From: an uncultured Syntrophorhabdus sp.
Lineage (GTDB): Bacteria > Desulfobacterota > BSN033 > UBA1163
Length of the DNA stretch: 38,157 bases
Assembly (NCBI GenBank): GCA_964599175.1
Contig: CAZREE010000003.1
Coordinates: forward strand, 1 to 38,157
Direction: 5' to 3'
Positions 16,410-28,000 of the stretch are shown piece by piece. The translations under genes and the position numbers were made by a program. The stretch's first letter is position 1, and each line of letters opens with the position of its first letter. The notes below the pieces were generated by a model. The model worked only from the letters and a program-made list of their open reading frames with translations. It did not search any database and had not been told where the DNA came from.

Positions 16410-16568
16410 CAATATCCTTCCGATGGCAGGGAACGTTCTTAAGTTATTTAAGAAACTTTAATGCCCATCTCTTTCTATGGCCCTTATATGCTTTCTGGGA
16501 ATCGTAATCGAAGCCATTCCGAAAGGGTTTTTGCCAAGTGTGGTCATAAAACTGAAATTCCAGGAAAT

Positions 16569-16597
16569 TTGACAAATATCATAAAATCATTTAATAT
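16569..16597 (+). promoter_or_regulatory. sigma70-like promoter of the rplU operon
   Basis: TTGACA (16569-16574), 17-nt spacer, TAATAT (16592-16597), about 28 nt upstream of the rplU ATG (GGAGGA RBS). Confidence 0.55.
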
Positions 16598-16625
16598 TTT
16601 TCGATAATAATTTCGGAGGATTTCA

Positions 16626-16940
16626 ATGTTTGCCGTATTGAAAACAGGAGGAAAAGAGTATCGAGTCTCCACAGGAGATGTGATCCGAGTGGAGAAACTG
16701 GAAGGGAACGTGGGAGACCAGGTTACCCTGAAGGATGTTTTAATGGTCTCAAAAGAAGGGCAGGTCCAGGTAGGCACTCCCACCTTAAGCAATGCCGTCA
16801 TCACGGGTGAGATCGTGCGAGAGACGAAGGGTAAGAAGGTTCTTACCTATAAGATGAAAAAACGTAAGAATTACCGGCGGATGAAAGGGCATCGTCAGAC
16901 CTACACCTATCTGAAGGTGAATGAAATTTCAATAAGTTAA
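16626..16940 (+). CDS. rplU: 50S ribosomal protein L21
   Basis: MFAVLKTGGKEYRVSTGDVIRVEKL is a canonical L21 N-terminus. 104 aa. Confidence 0.95.
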   Translation: MFAVLKTGGKEYRVSTGDVIRVEKLEGNVGDQVTLKDVLMVSKEGQVQVGTPTLSNAVITGEIVRETKGKKVLTYKMKKRKNYRRMKGHRQTYTYLKVNEISIS

Positions 16941-16944
16941 TTAA

Positions 16945-17125
16945 GGGAATAACCAAATCCCCTGCCTACCGGTCCCGGTCCCGCAATATTAATAGACCGA
17001 AGGCGGGGCAGGCAGGCAAGCACCAATAACCCAATAATAACTAATGACTCAATGATCCACATTTATCTACTGAAATTTGGTTATTGGTGATTATTTGGAT
17101 CTTGGAATTTGGTTATTGGGATTTT
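16945..17125. repeat. family-1 composite palindromic repeat, copy 2 (GC core plus full CCAAT/ATTGG palindrome)
   Basis: Core 16961-17016 matches 11081-11136. It is followed by aagcaccaataacccaataataac ... aaatttggttattggtgattatttgg ... ggaatttggttattggg. Confidence 0.8.
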
Positions 17126-17145
17126 TGATTTTTAAGGAGGTTGTT

Positions 17146-19583
<2,438 letters not shown>

Positions 19584-19587
<4 letters not shown>

Positions 19588-20852
19588 GACAGGAAATAGA
19601 TTTCAGAACAGAAGTTAAAGAGATGGGAAAGCGGGCGAAGGAAGTTTCCCGCCTTCTGGCCGAACTTTCCACTGACACGAAGAATAAGGCTCTCTTTGAA
19701 ATGGCGGGTGATCTTGAAAAGCATCAGGCTCTTCTGATCGAAGAGAACAGAAAGGACTTGATCGAGGCGGAGAAGGCAGGCCTCTCGCCGGCAATGATGG
19801 ATCGGTTAAGAATAACGCCTCCGGTGATTCAGGCAATGGCAAAAGGTCTCCACGAGGTAGCCCATCTTCCCGATCCCGTGGGAGAGATGATCAGGATGTG
19901 GAGAAGGCCCAATGGGTTGACCGTGGGAAAGATGAGGATACCCATAGGTGTTATCGGAATCATCTATGAATCGAGACCGAACGTGACAGCCGATGCGGCA
20001 GGCCTCTGCCTCAAATCGGGCAACGCCATTATTCTCAGGGGAGGCTCCGAGGCCTTTCACTCCAATCAGGCCATTGTCCATATTCTTCAAAAAGCCATAG
20101 GCAGAGCCGGGGTTCCAGAGGAGGCGGTCCAGATCTTCTCCCGGACCGAAAGGGAGGCCATCTTAGAAATGCTCCAGCTCGAAGAGGAGATCGACCTTAT
20201 TATCCCCAGAGGAGGGGAAGCGTTGATTCGCTTTGTAGCGACCCATTCGAAGATCCCGGTGATCAAACATTATAAGGGGGTCTGCCATATCTTCGTCGAC
20301 GAAACCGCAGATCAGGAGATGGCCTTGAGGGTCTGCCTCAATGCTAAAGTCCAACGACCCGGGGTATGCAATGCCATGGAGACGCTTCTGGTCCATAAGA
20401 GGATAGCATTGGCGTTTCTTCCGAAGATCGCAAACGCCCTTCGAAAAGAGGGCGTGGAACTTCGAGGGTGCCCCGAGACCCAAAAGATCCTCTTCGGCAT
20501 CAAAGAGGCGAACGAAGAAGACTGGTCTGAGGAGTATTTGGATCTCATCCTCTCCATCCGGGTGGTCAAGGGGATAGAGGAGGCAATGAGGCACATTGCC
20601 ACCTATGGATCTCTCCATACGGAGTCGATCCTCACTTCCGATTATCAGAACGCCCAGCGCTTCCTCAGGGAGGTGAACTCTTCCTGTGTGTTGGTCAATG
20701 CCTCGACAAGATTCAATGATGGATTTGAACTTGGCCTGGGAGCCGAGATGGGAATCAGCACCTCAAAACTTCATGCCTTCGGCCCCATGGGACTGGAGGA
20801 GCTGACAACAACCAAATTTATCGTTTACGGAGAAGGACAAACAAGAGCTTGA
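19584..20852 (+). CDS. proA: glutamate-5-semialdehyde dehydrogenase (gamma-glutamyl phosphate reductase)
   Basis: ATGA overlap with proB. Blocks [35 protein letters not shown] and HTESILT are typical of ProA. Confidence 0.9.
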
Positions 20853-20857
20853 AAACG

Positions 20858-20980
20858 CCAATTTCCAAGCACCAATAACCAAATAATAACCAAATTACCA
20901 ATTACAAAAAAATGAGGATTGGTTATTGGATATTGAATCATTGGAATTTATTTGGGATTTGGTGATTCGGATTTGGAATC
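20858..20980. repeat. family-1 palindromic repeat, copy 3 (arms only, no GC core)
   Basis: aagcaccaataaccaaataataaccaaattaccaatt ... aggattggttattggatattgaatcattggaatttatttgggatttggtgattcggatttgg. The 5' block matches copies 2 and 4. Confidence 0.75.
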
Positions 20981-21004
20981 TCACTGGCAGGGATAAACCT
21001 AACC

Positions 21005-21685
21005 ATGTCAGAAGAAACGAAGACCAAAGGAAAGAAAAAGAGGATCGGGCTCTTCGGAGGGACCTTTAATCCTATCCATCTGGGGCATCTCAGGGGAGCG
21101 GAGGAGATTCGGGATGCCTTTTGTCTGAATGAGGTCATCTTCATTCCATCGGCCATTCCCCCTCATAAGGCTATGGAGGAGATCATCGATGCAAAGCACC
21201 GGCTGGAGATGGTAAAACTGGCCATTGCCTCTAATCCATGTTTCTCCATCTCTGAGATTGAACTCTCAAGGCATGGGAAATCCTATTCGATCGACACCCT
21301 ACGCCATTTTTGCCGGGGGAACAGAGACGTTTTTTACTTTATCCTGGGAGGAGATGCCTTTGTGGAGATAGAGACCTGGAAGGATTTTCAAAGCCTGTTC
21401 GCTCTCTGCAACTTCATCGTCATGGCCCGTCCGGGATTCGAAAAAACTCCTGTTGTTTCCCGGCTCCCGAGCTCTCTGACCCCTGCTTTTCAATATGATC
21501 TCGAGACAAAAGCCTGGGTTCATCTGTCGGGAAACCGGCTCTATTTTAAAGAGATTTCTTTCCTCGACATCTCTTCGACCAAGATTCGGGAGCTGATCGA
21601 AAAGGGAGAATCGGTGAGGTATCTCGTCCCCCCCGAAACAGAGGCCTATATTCATCAACATGGGCTTTACCGGAAGAAGGGGTGA
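21005..21685 (+). CDS. nadD: nicotinate-nucleotide adenylyltransferase
   Basis: GLFGGTFNPIHLGHL (HxGH) and ISSTKIRE (ISST) motifs. Confidence 0.9.
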   Translation: MSEETKTKGKKKRIGLFGGTFNPIHLGHLRGAEEIRDAFCLNEVIFIPSAIPPHKAMEEIIDAKHRLEMVKLAIASNPCFSISEIELSRHGKSYSIDTLRHFCRGNRDVFYFILGGDAFVEIETWKDFQSLFALCNFIVMARPGFEKTPVVSRLPSSLTPAFQYDLETKAWVHLSGNRLYFKEISFLDISSTKIRELIEKGESVRYLVPPETEAYIHQHGLYRKKG

Positions 21686-21780
21686 GAGGCCAAAAATTTT
21701 TCATTTTTTTTCATTTTTCTATTGTCTTCAAATTTTTTTCTGGTATAATGCTACACTTAAAATCAACTTTAACGGAGGAT

Positions 21781-22146
21781 ATGGCAACCGATTCAAAGAC
21801 AAAATCGCTTCTCTGCCTTAAGGCGGCGATTGAAAAGAAGGCTCTGGATCCGGTTCTTCTCGAGATGAGGGGAATCTCCCCTGTGACGGATTACTTCCTG
21901 ATCTGTACGGGAAAATCGGATCGCCAGGTCCAGGCCATTGCCCGATCCATTGAGGAGACCCTTGAAAAAAGGGGAATCCGACCCCTTGGACAGGAAGGCG
22001 CCCTCCAGGGCAGATGGATATTGATGGATTATAACGACGTGGTTGTTCACATCTTTCTGGAGCCGGCCAGAAAGTTCTACGATTTAGAAGGAATATGGAG
22101 CGATGCGACTCGCATCGAGTCTGAATTAGGAGCGCAGATTGTCTAA
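21781..22146 (+). CDS. rsfS: ribosome silencing factor RsfS (iojap-like)
   Basis: ATG21781 follows ACGGAGGAT. TDYFLICTGKSDRQVQAIA and WILMDYNDVVVHIF are typical RsfS blocks. The longer ORF-track N-terminus is a low-complexity Phe-rich artefact. Confidence 0.85.
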   Translation: MATDSKTKSLLCLKAAIEKKALDPVLLEMRGISPVTDYFLICTGKSDRQVQAIARSIEETLEKRGIRPLGQEGALQGRWILMDYNDVVVHIFLEPARKFYDLEGIWSDATRIESELGAQIV

Positions 22147-22627
22147 AAAAAAGGTGGTTTCGAAAAAAGTGTTGAAAAAGGTCAAACCCATCAAAAAAGG
22201 GCCGGCGAAAGGGAACGTTAAGAAGAAAGGGTTGAATCCTTTGCCAAAAGAGATGGAAAAAGGGACGGATAAAATCGACAAAAAGACCCTGTCTCACTTT
22301 AGACAGGTTCTTCTCAAAGAGAGAGAACAGATCGCAGGGGAGGTCAAGCAGACTTACGAGTCCTCTCAAGAGATGGGACAGGATGGGATCCAGGATATAG
22401 GAGACGAGGCAGCCAATATTTATAACAAACAGATTCTGCTCAGCCTCAACGAAAGCGAACGGATGAGACTCCATGAGGTGGATGAGGCTCTCGATCGCAT
22501 GGGTAGCGGAACCTATGGAATCTGTGAGGAGTGCGGCGAGCCGATCAGCCTGAAGAGGCTTGAAGTCAGGCCGGTGGCCAAATACTGTGTGGCCTGTCTG
22601 TCAAAGATGGAAAAGGGGATGATTTAA
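22139..22627 (+). CDS. DksA/TraR-family C4 zinc-finger protein with Lys-rich N-terminal extension
   Basis: CEECGEPISLKRLEVRPVAKYCVAC (CxxC-x17-CxxC) preceded by a coiled-coil-like region. TTG22139 lies 6 nt after AGGAG and overlaps the rsfS stop. An alternative start is ATG22253. Confidence 0.75.
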   Translation: MSKKKVVSKKVLKKVKPIKKGPAKGNVKKKGLNPLPKEMEKGTDKIDKKTLSHFRQVLLKEREQIAGEVKQTYESSQEMGQDGIQDIGDEAANIYNKQILLSLNESERMRLHEVDEALDRMGSGTYGICEECGEPISLKRLEVRPVAKYCVACLSKMEKGMI

Positions 22628-22631
22628 TAAG

Positions 22632-24008
22632 ATGCTGGTGAAGCTGCTTATCCTTATCATTCTGGGGCTGGTTTCTGTTTTTTGTTGGGTCTCTCTGACC
22701 AATCCCCTGGATGTTCAGTTCCGATTTTTTGGAAAGGTCGTTCCCACCGATCTCTCCACCTTGATGATCACCTCTTTTGTGTTGGGTGTCTTGCTCGTCT
22801 TCATCAGCACCCTGGCAAGGGATGCCAAGCGGGCCCTTGTAAACTATCGCCAGTCGCGGAAGAGAAAGAAAGAGCAGTCCATGAAGGAGGAGCTCAATAA
22901 AGGGATGGAGGATTTGCTCCGAGGGAATCTCACTAAAGCCAAGGCGCATTTTACTGAGGTCTTAAAGGAGGACCCTTTTCAGAAAGATCTCTATTTGAGG
23001 CTCTCGGAGATTGCGGTCAAAGAAGGCAATGATGAAGAAGCTCTCCACTGGCTCGAGAGGGGACGATGGATTGATAATAAGAATGTGGAGATTCCTCTCC
23101 GACAGGCTGAAATCTATCAGCGAACCAGGCGTCTTGATGAAGCCATCCGAGCCTTAAGGCGAGCCATCAGCCTTGATGACAGTAACCTCAGGGCATTGAA
23201 ACGTTTGAGAGAGATTTATCGGGACAGCAAGAAATGGGAAGAGGCGATCCGGGTCCAGAAGTCGATTGTAAAACTGGCCAAGGCAAAAGAGGCCGAAGAG
23301 GAAGAAAACCGTTTCTATCTGGGTTTGAAATATGAATACGCCGTAGACCTTTTAAACCAGGGTGAAGAGGGTCTGGAAGATGCCTTAAAGGTTGCCAAAG
23401 AGATCGTCCGGGAGGAAAAGGCCTTTGAGCCCGGGTTTGTCCTGTTAGGCGATATCTATCTCCAGATGGGAAAGTGGGCGTCGGCAGGTAAGGTCTGGGG
23501 CAAGAGCTTCAGGCGGTTCAACTCGATCATCTTCATCCTTCGATTGGAAGAACTCTATCTCAATCGGGAGGATCCTGGAACTCTTCTCCGCATCTATCAA
23601 AAAACCCTGAGGGACCATCCGGACAACTGGATGCTTGCCTTCTTCTATGCCAAACTCTGTTTAAGGCTGGAGATGCTGGATGAAGCCCTTGAGGAGATCA
23701 ATACGATCAGTTTAAGGCAGAAGGACTTCCCCGCGATTCACAGGCTTTTGGCGGAAATCTACCTCCACAAGAAAGATTTCAGTCGGGCCGCTCAGGAGTT
23801 TGAGAAGACCTTTGAACTGAGCGGGACCTCCTATCTTCCTTTCATCTGTAATGTCTGCGAAAAGGAATCGAAGGAATGGGTCGCTTTCTGTCCCCAATGT
23901 CAACGATGGTCCACCTATACGATCAAAGAGGTTGGAAAAATTGTTTCCCCACTTCCCCCCCCTCGGCCTTTCTCGAAAGAAGCCTTCTTCTCCCTCGAAG
24001 ATAGATAG
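22632..24008 (+). CDS. lapB: LapA-like (DUF1049) membrane domain fused to a LapB/YciM-like TPR protein with C-terminal rubredoxin-type zinc site
   Basis: Two N-terminal TM helices with a LapA-like pattern, TPR repeats through the middle, and C-terminal CNVCEKES...FCPQCQRW. Confidence 0.7.
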   Translation: MLVKLLILIILGLVSVFCWVSLTNPLDVQFRFFGKVVPTDLSTLMITSFVLGVLLVFISTLARDAKRALVNYRQSRKRKKEQSMKEELNKGMEDLLRGNLTKAKAHFTEVLKEDPFQKDLYLRLSEIAVKEGNDEEALHWLERGRWIDNKNVEIPLRQAEIYQRTRRLDEAIRALRRAISLDDSNLRALKRLREIYRDSKKWEEAIRVQKSIVKLAKAKEAEEEENRFYLGLKYEYAVDLLNQGEEGLEDALKVAKEIVREEKAFEPGFVLLGDIYLQMGKWASAGKVWGKSFRRFNSIIFILRLEELYLNREDPGTLLRIYQKTLRDHPDNWMLAFFYAKLCLRLEMLDEALEEINTISLRQKDFPAIHRLLAEIYLHKKDFSRAAQEFEKTFELSGTSYLPFICNVCEKESKEWVAFCPQCQRWSTYTIKEVGKIVSPLPPPRPFSKEAFFSLEDR

Positions 24009-24032
24009 AGAGGGATGCCAAGATGGGAATGA

Positions 24033-24761
24033 ATGCGTGGTCTGACTAAAGGACTTCTCCAATTTTTGCTGCCTTCCCAATGCCACTGCTGTGAAAAATT
24101 TTTGGAAGAAGGCCAGACGGGGATTTGTTCGGACTGTCTCTCGAAGATCCGATGGATTGAGCCGCCATTGTGCACGCTCTGCGGAATCCCCTTTCCTTCC
24201 AGGGAGATCCAAAGCCATCTCTGCGGCGCTTGTTTGACCCGGAGAAAATATTTTACAATCGCAAGAGCGGTTGGATGTTATGAGGGCCCCCTTAGAGAGG
24301 CGATTCATCGGTGGAAATATGAAGAGAAGGGTTATCTCACCTCCTTCTTTGGAGAGAAATTGGCAGAAGGCTTTCACCGACATTGGGATTCCCCGCCTTT
24401 CGATCTCCTCATTCCTGTTCCGCTCCACTCAAAGCGGTTGAGTGAGCGGGGGTTTAACCAGGCTCTTCTTCTTGTAAAGGAGCTCAGCCAAAGAATCCGG
24501 ATTCCCTATTCGAAGAGGTTGCTCCGAAAAGGGGTCCCAACTCCTCCTCAGATACATCTGAGCGGCAGAGAAAGGGAAACGGGAGTCAGAGGTTCGTTCC
24601 ATATTCAGAGAGAGAATGAGATTGTAGGGAAAACGGTCCTTCTGGTCGATGATGTTTATACGACCGGCGCAACGGTCAATGAATGTTCGAAGGTCTTGTT
24701 GAAGGCAGGCGCAGAGCGGGTCGATGTGCTCACCCTGGCGCATGCCATTAAAAGTTCGTAG
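24033..24761 (+). CDS. comF: ComF-family phosphoribosyltransferase-like protein
   Basis: N-terminal Cys pairs (CHCC, CSDC, CTLC, CGAC), RGFNQA, and PRTase loop VLLVDDVYTTGAT. Confidence 0.8.
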   Translation: MRGLTKGLLQFLLPSQCHCCEKFLEEGQTGICSDCLSKIRWIEPPLCTLCGIPFPSREIQSHLCGACLTRRKYFTIARAVGCYEGPLREAIHRWKYEEKGYLTSFFGEKLAEGFHRHWDSPPFDLLIPVPLHSKRLSERGFNQALLLVKELSQRIRIPYSKRLLRKGVPTPPQIHLSGRERETGVRGSFHIQRENEIVGKTVLLVDDVYTTGATVNECSKVLLKAGAERVDVLTLAHAIKSS

Positions 24762-24782
24762 TTAGATAGAAAATAAAATCTC

Positions 24783-24832
24783 TAACCCCCCTTCATCCCC
24801 CCTTAAATTAAGGGGGGAATAGAGGGGGGTTA
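24783..24832. repeat. family-2 G/C-tract palindrome, copy A (possible terminator of comF)
   Basis: taacccccc ttcat cccccctt aaatt aagggggg aatag aggggggtta. Nested, near-perfect inverted repeat. Confidence 0.75.
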
Positions 24833-25058
24833 CGAATTTTCATGGTTCGAGGGCGCCCTCCGGGCATGGGGCATTAATTTAAATGACGTTTTCGGTTAGG
24901 GCTACGAAGCCAGTTTCGTCCCGTGGTCGGGTCTTATCGACATTCGGTAACGGGTTACGTTTAAAAGAATTAAACACGACAGAGGTAGCCTTTTATAGAC
25001 GATACGGGCATCGTTACCGTTGCCGTTAGACGAAGCACTTATCTTCTAAACAATCCAA

Positions 25059-28000
25059 TTGGCCAACAAGATGAGTCATCCTAGTAAAAAATTCCTTCTG
25101 TGGATTCTGATTCCCGTCCTCGTTGTGGCAATCCTCCTCTTCTTCACCCTCCACTATCTTTTCGATCCCAATCTTTATCGTGACACCCTTCAAAAAACGC
25201 TTACCTCTCAACTCGGAAGAGAGGTTACTTTTGGAAAGGCGAAAATCGGTTTCTGGGGCGGGATAGGCATTGCTTTTGAAGACTTCCGGATCAAGGACCG
25301 TTCTGAATCCTATGATCTTTTTCGTTCCCAACGGTTGATCTTAACAGCCAAAACCCTCCCGCTGCTTAAAAAGGAGGTGAAGTGGAAACGGGTCACGCTT
25401 GAGAAGCCTGTCGGCCGACTCTCCAGGGACAGGAGCGGAAGATTTAATTTTTTTGACACTCCTGTCACCGGAGAGGAATTGAGGTCCTCCCAGCAGAAGA
25501 TCATCGAAGCCCTCTCGACCCTCTTCGGAGGGACGTTGTCCGTTCGGTCCGGAGAGTTCTCCTTTTCAGATGAGTTCTTCGGCGGCGCCCCTCTCTTGAC
25601 AAAGATTCAAACCCTCGATCTTCGCCTTTCAAAAATCTCTCACGGGAAGCCCTTTCCTTTTCACATAAGCGGGAAACTTCTCCATTCAAAACAAGAAGGC
25701 AAATTCTCGGTCTCCGGAACGATTCAGGACATCCCCGAAGCCATGGACCTTTCAAAAGGAAAGGTGAAAGCCGAGGTGGAACTTAAAGGCATTGAGGTCT
25801 TTCACTTCTGGCCTTATCTAAAACCCCTGGTTCCTATGAATAAAATCGCAGGTCTTCTTGATCTGAAAGGGAAGTATCAGGGAGACCTGTCAGGACCTTT
25901 TGATACCTCTGTTAAGATTAAATTTAAAGAGGTAACCTACGATCACCCAAAGGTTTTTGCCTACCTTTTCACCCCCAAATGGGTCCACATCGATCTTCAG
26001 GCTAAATACGACAGGCAGGCGGTTGAAGTTCCCTCTTTTTCGATCGAACTGCCTGAGATAAAGGTCAGGGGAAAAGGCAGGATCTATGGAATTGGAACAA
26101 AAGAGATGGGTATGAATGCGGAGGCATCGAGCAGCGTCTTCGACCTTGCGGATGGAAGGAGATTTATTCCCTTCCGGATCATCACTCCGAGTGTTTCCGA
26201 CCCCCTTTTCCGTGCGGAGGGAAGCGGTCCGGTCCAGATCCTTTCGGTCAAACTATCGGGAAAGATACCAGAAATTGATCACTGTGATGAGCTCTATAAT
26301 GCCCATGTCCTGACCGTAGAGATGAAGGTTCATAACGCTCGCTTGAAGCTCCCCTGGAACCTCCCCGCCCTGGAGGAACTGAAAGGGCATCTCCTTTTCA
26401 AGCAGGGCCACCTCCACATGAGCGATGTAACCGGCAGGGTCTTCCATTCAAGCATTGATCAAGCCCGTGGAATTTTCTATGAACTCTTACAGGTTCCCAC
26501 CCTTGAAGTTCAGGGGCAGGGGCAATTTCAGATGGCCGATCTCTCCTCTCTGCTCAAAACCGATGTGTTTGGAGATGATATAGAATTGCTCAAAGGGCTT
26601 GAGCCAATCGTTTTCCAATCGGGCAAGGCGCACTATCAGATCTCGGTCAAAGGAAAGATAAAATCCCCCCTGAGGTTTCAGCATCAGGGCGGCTATCTTC
26701 TGTCAAAAGTTCACCTGACCCATTCTCAGATTCCTTTTCCGGTTTCAATCGGAGAGGGGAAACTCGACCTCTCCAACGAAGACTTTCAGTGGTCAGGAGC
26801 CAAGGTGGAATTCGGGAATTCCTCTCTGTTCATGAGCGGTTCGTTGAAAAGAGGAGGGGCTTCTGAGTTTACGGCCAAAGGAAAGATCGATCTGAAAAAC
26901 CTTCTTGCCCTCTCGCAATCTCCTCTCTTTCCGAAAGAAGCACGTTTGAGAGCAGAGGATATAAAAAGTTTATCGGGAACCGGTCAACTCTCTTTCAGCG
27001 GAAGAAGAACAACCCCTGTTCAGCCCCTCTCTTATGAGATAGACTTCATCCCAAAGGAAGCCTCCCTCCTTTTCAAAGAAGCTTCTCACCCGCTCCTGTT
27101 TCGGGATGGCTCTCTCTTCATTTCCAACCTCGGAGCCACATTTTCAAAGTTAAAAATTCTATCCATGAACTCATCCCTCATCTTAGACGGAACCCTGAGG
27201 CAGGGTGAGTTGAATCTTTCTGCATGGGGATTAATCGATCTAAAAAATATTCATGCCTGGCTCCGATTGCCCCTCTTTCCGGATTCGGTTCGAACGGGGT
27301 TGGAGGAGATTCAGGATCCTGCCGGAGCGGCGGAGCTTCGTCTAAACTTTTTTGGAAAAGTGGAACAGGGAATCGACGTCATCAAAGACGGGGAGGTCCT
27401 GTTGAAGGGGGTCTCTCTCCGCCACGGGAAGATCCCGGTTCCTCTTTCCCAGATCGAAGGCAGGATTCTCTTCTCTCCACAACAGATGCAGTGGGAGAGA
27501 GTAAAGGGAAGGCTGGGCGACTCTTCGCTCATCCTTTCCGTTGCTTCCTCGCGTGCGCCAAAAGAACCCAGGGACGCTGGTTCGGGGACGACCAGGCGAC
27601 TTACCCTCCATCTCGTCTCTCCCCAGCTTGACCTCAACCCCCTGCTATTAGAGAGAGAAAACAGAACGCTTGCCTCTTTTGAAAAAATCGGGCAATGGCT
27701 TTCTCTCTGGGCCATCGAAGGCAAGGTCGAGGTCGAAAAAGGGAGATATCGAAATCTCAGTTTCAAGGACCTAAAATTCGAGATGAAGATGGTGGAAGGT
27801 AAGTTACTCTTCCACCCTTTTGAACTCAAAGCCAACGGAGGGGATCTTTGGGGCGAAGCCTGGCTACAGCCTTCGGAAAAGGGCATTCGGTTTGAGATGA
27901 AGCCTCGCCTCTCCCATATGGAAGCCGAACCTTTTCTTCGGACTTTTCTTAAGAAAGAGGAAGAGGAGAAAATGTTAGTGACCGGAAGGATTTATGTCGA

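Noticed and set aside
24841-24870. tRNA-like T-loop string GGTTCGAGG in the comF-yhdP spacer.
   Set aside because: The flanking bases do not form a T-stem. No acceptor, anticodon or D arms can be drawn around it.
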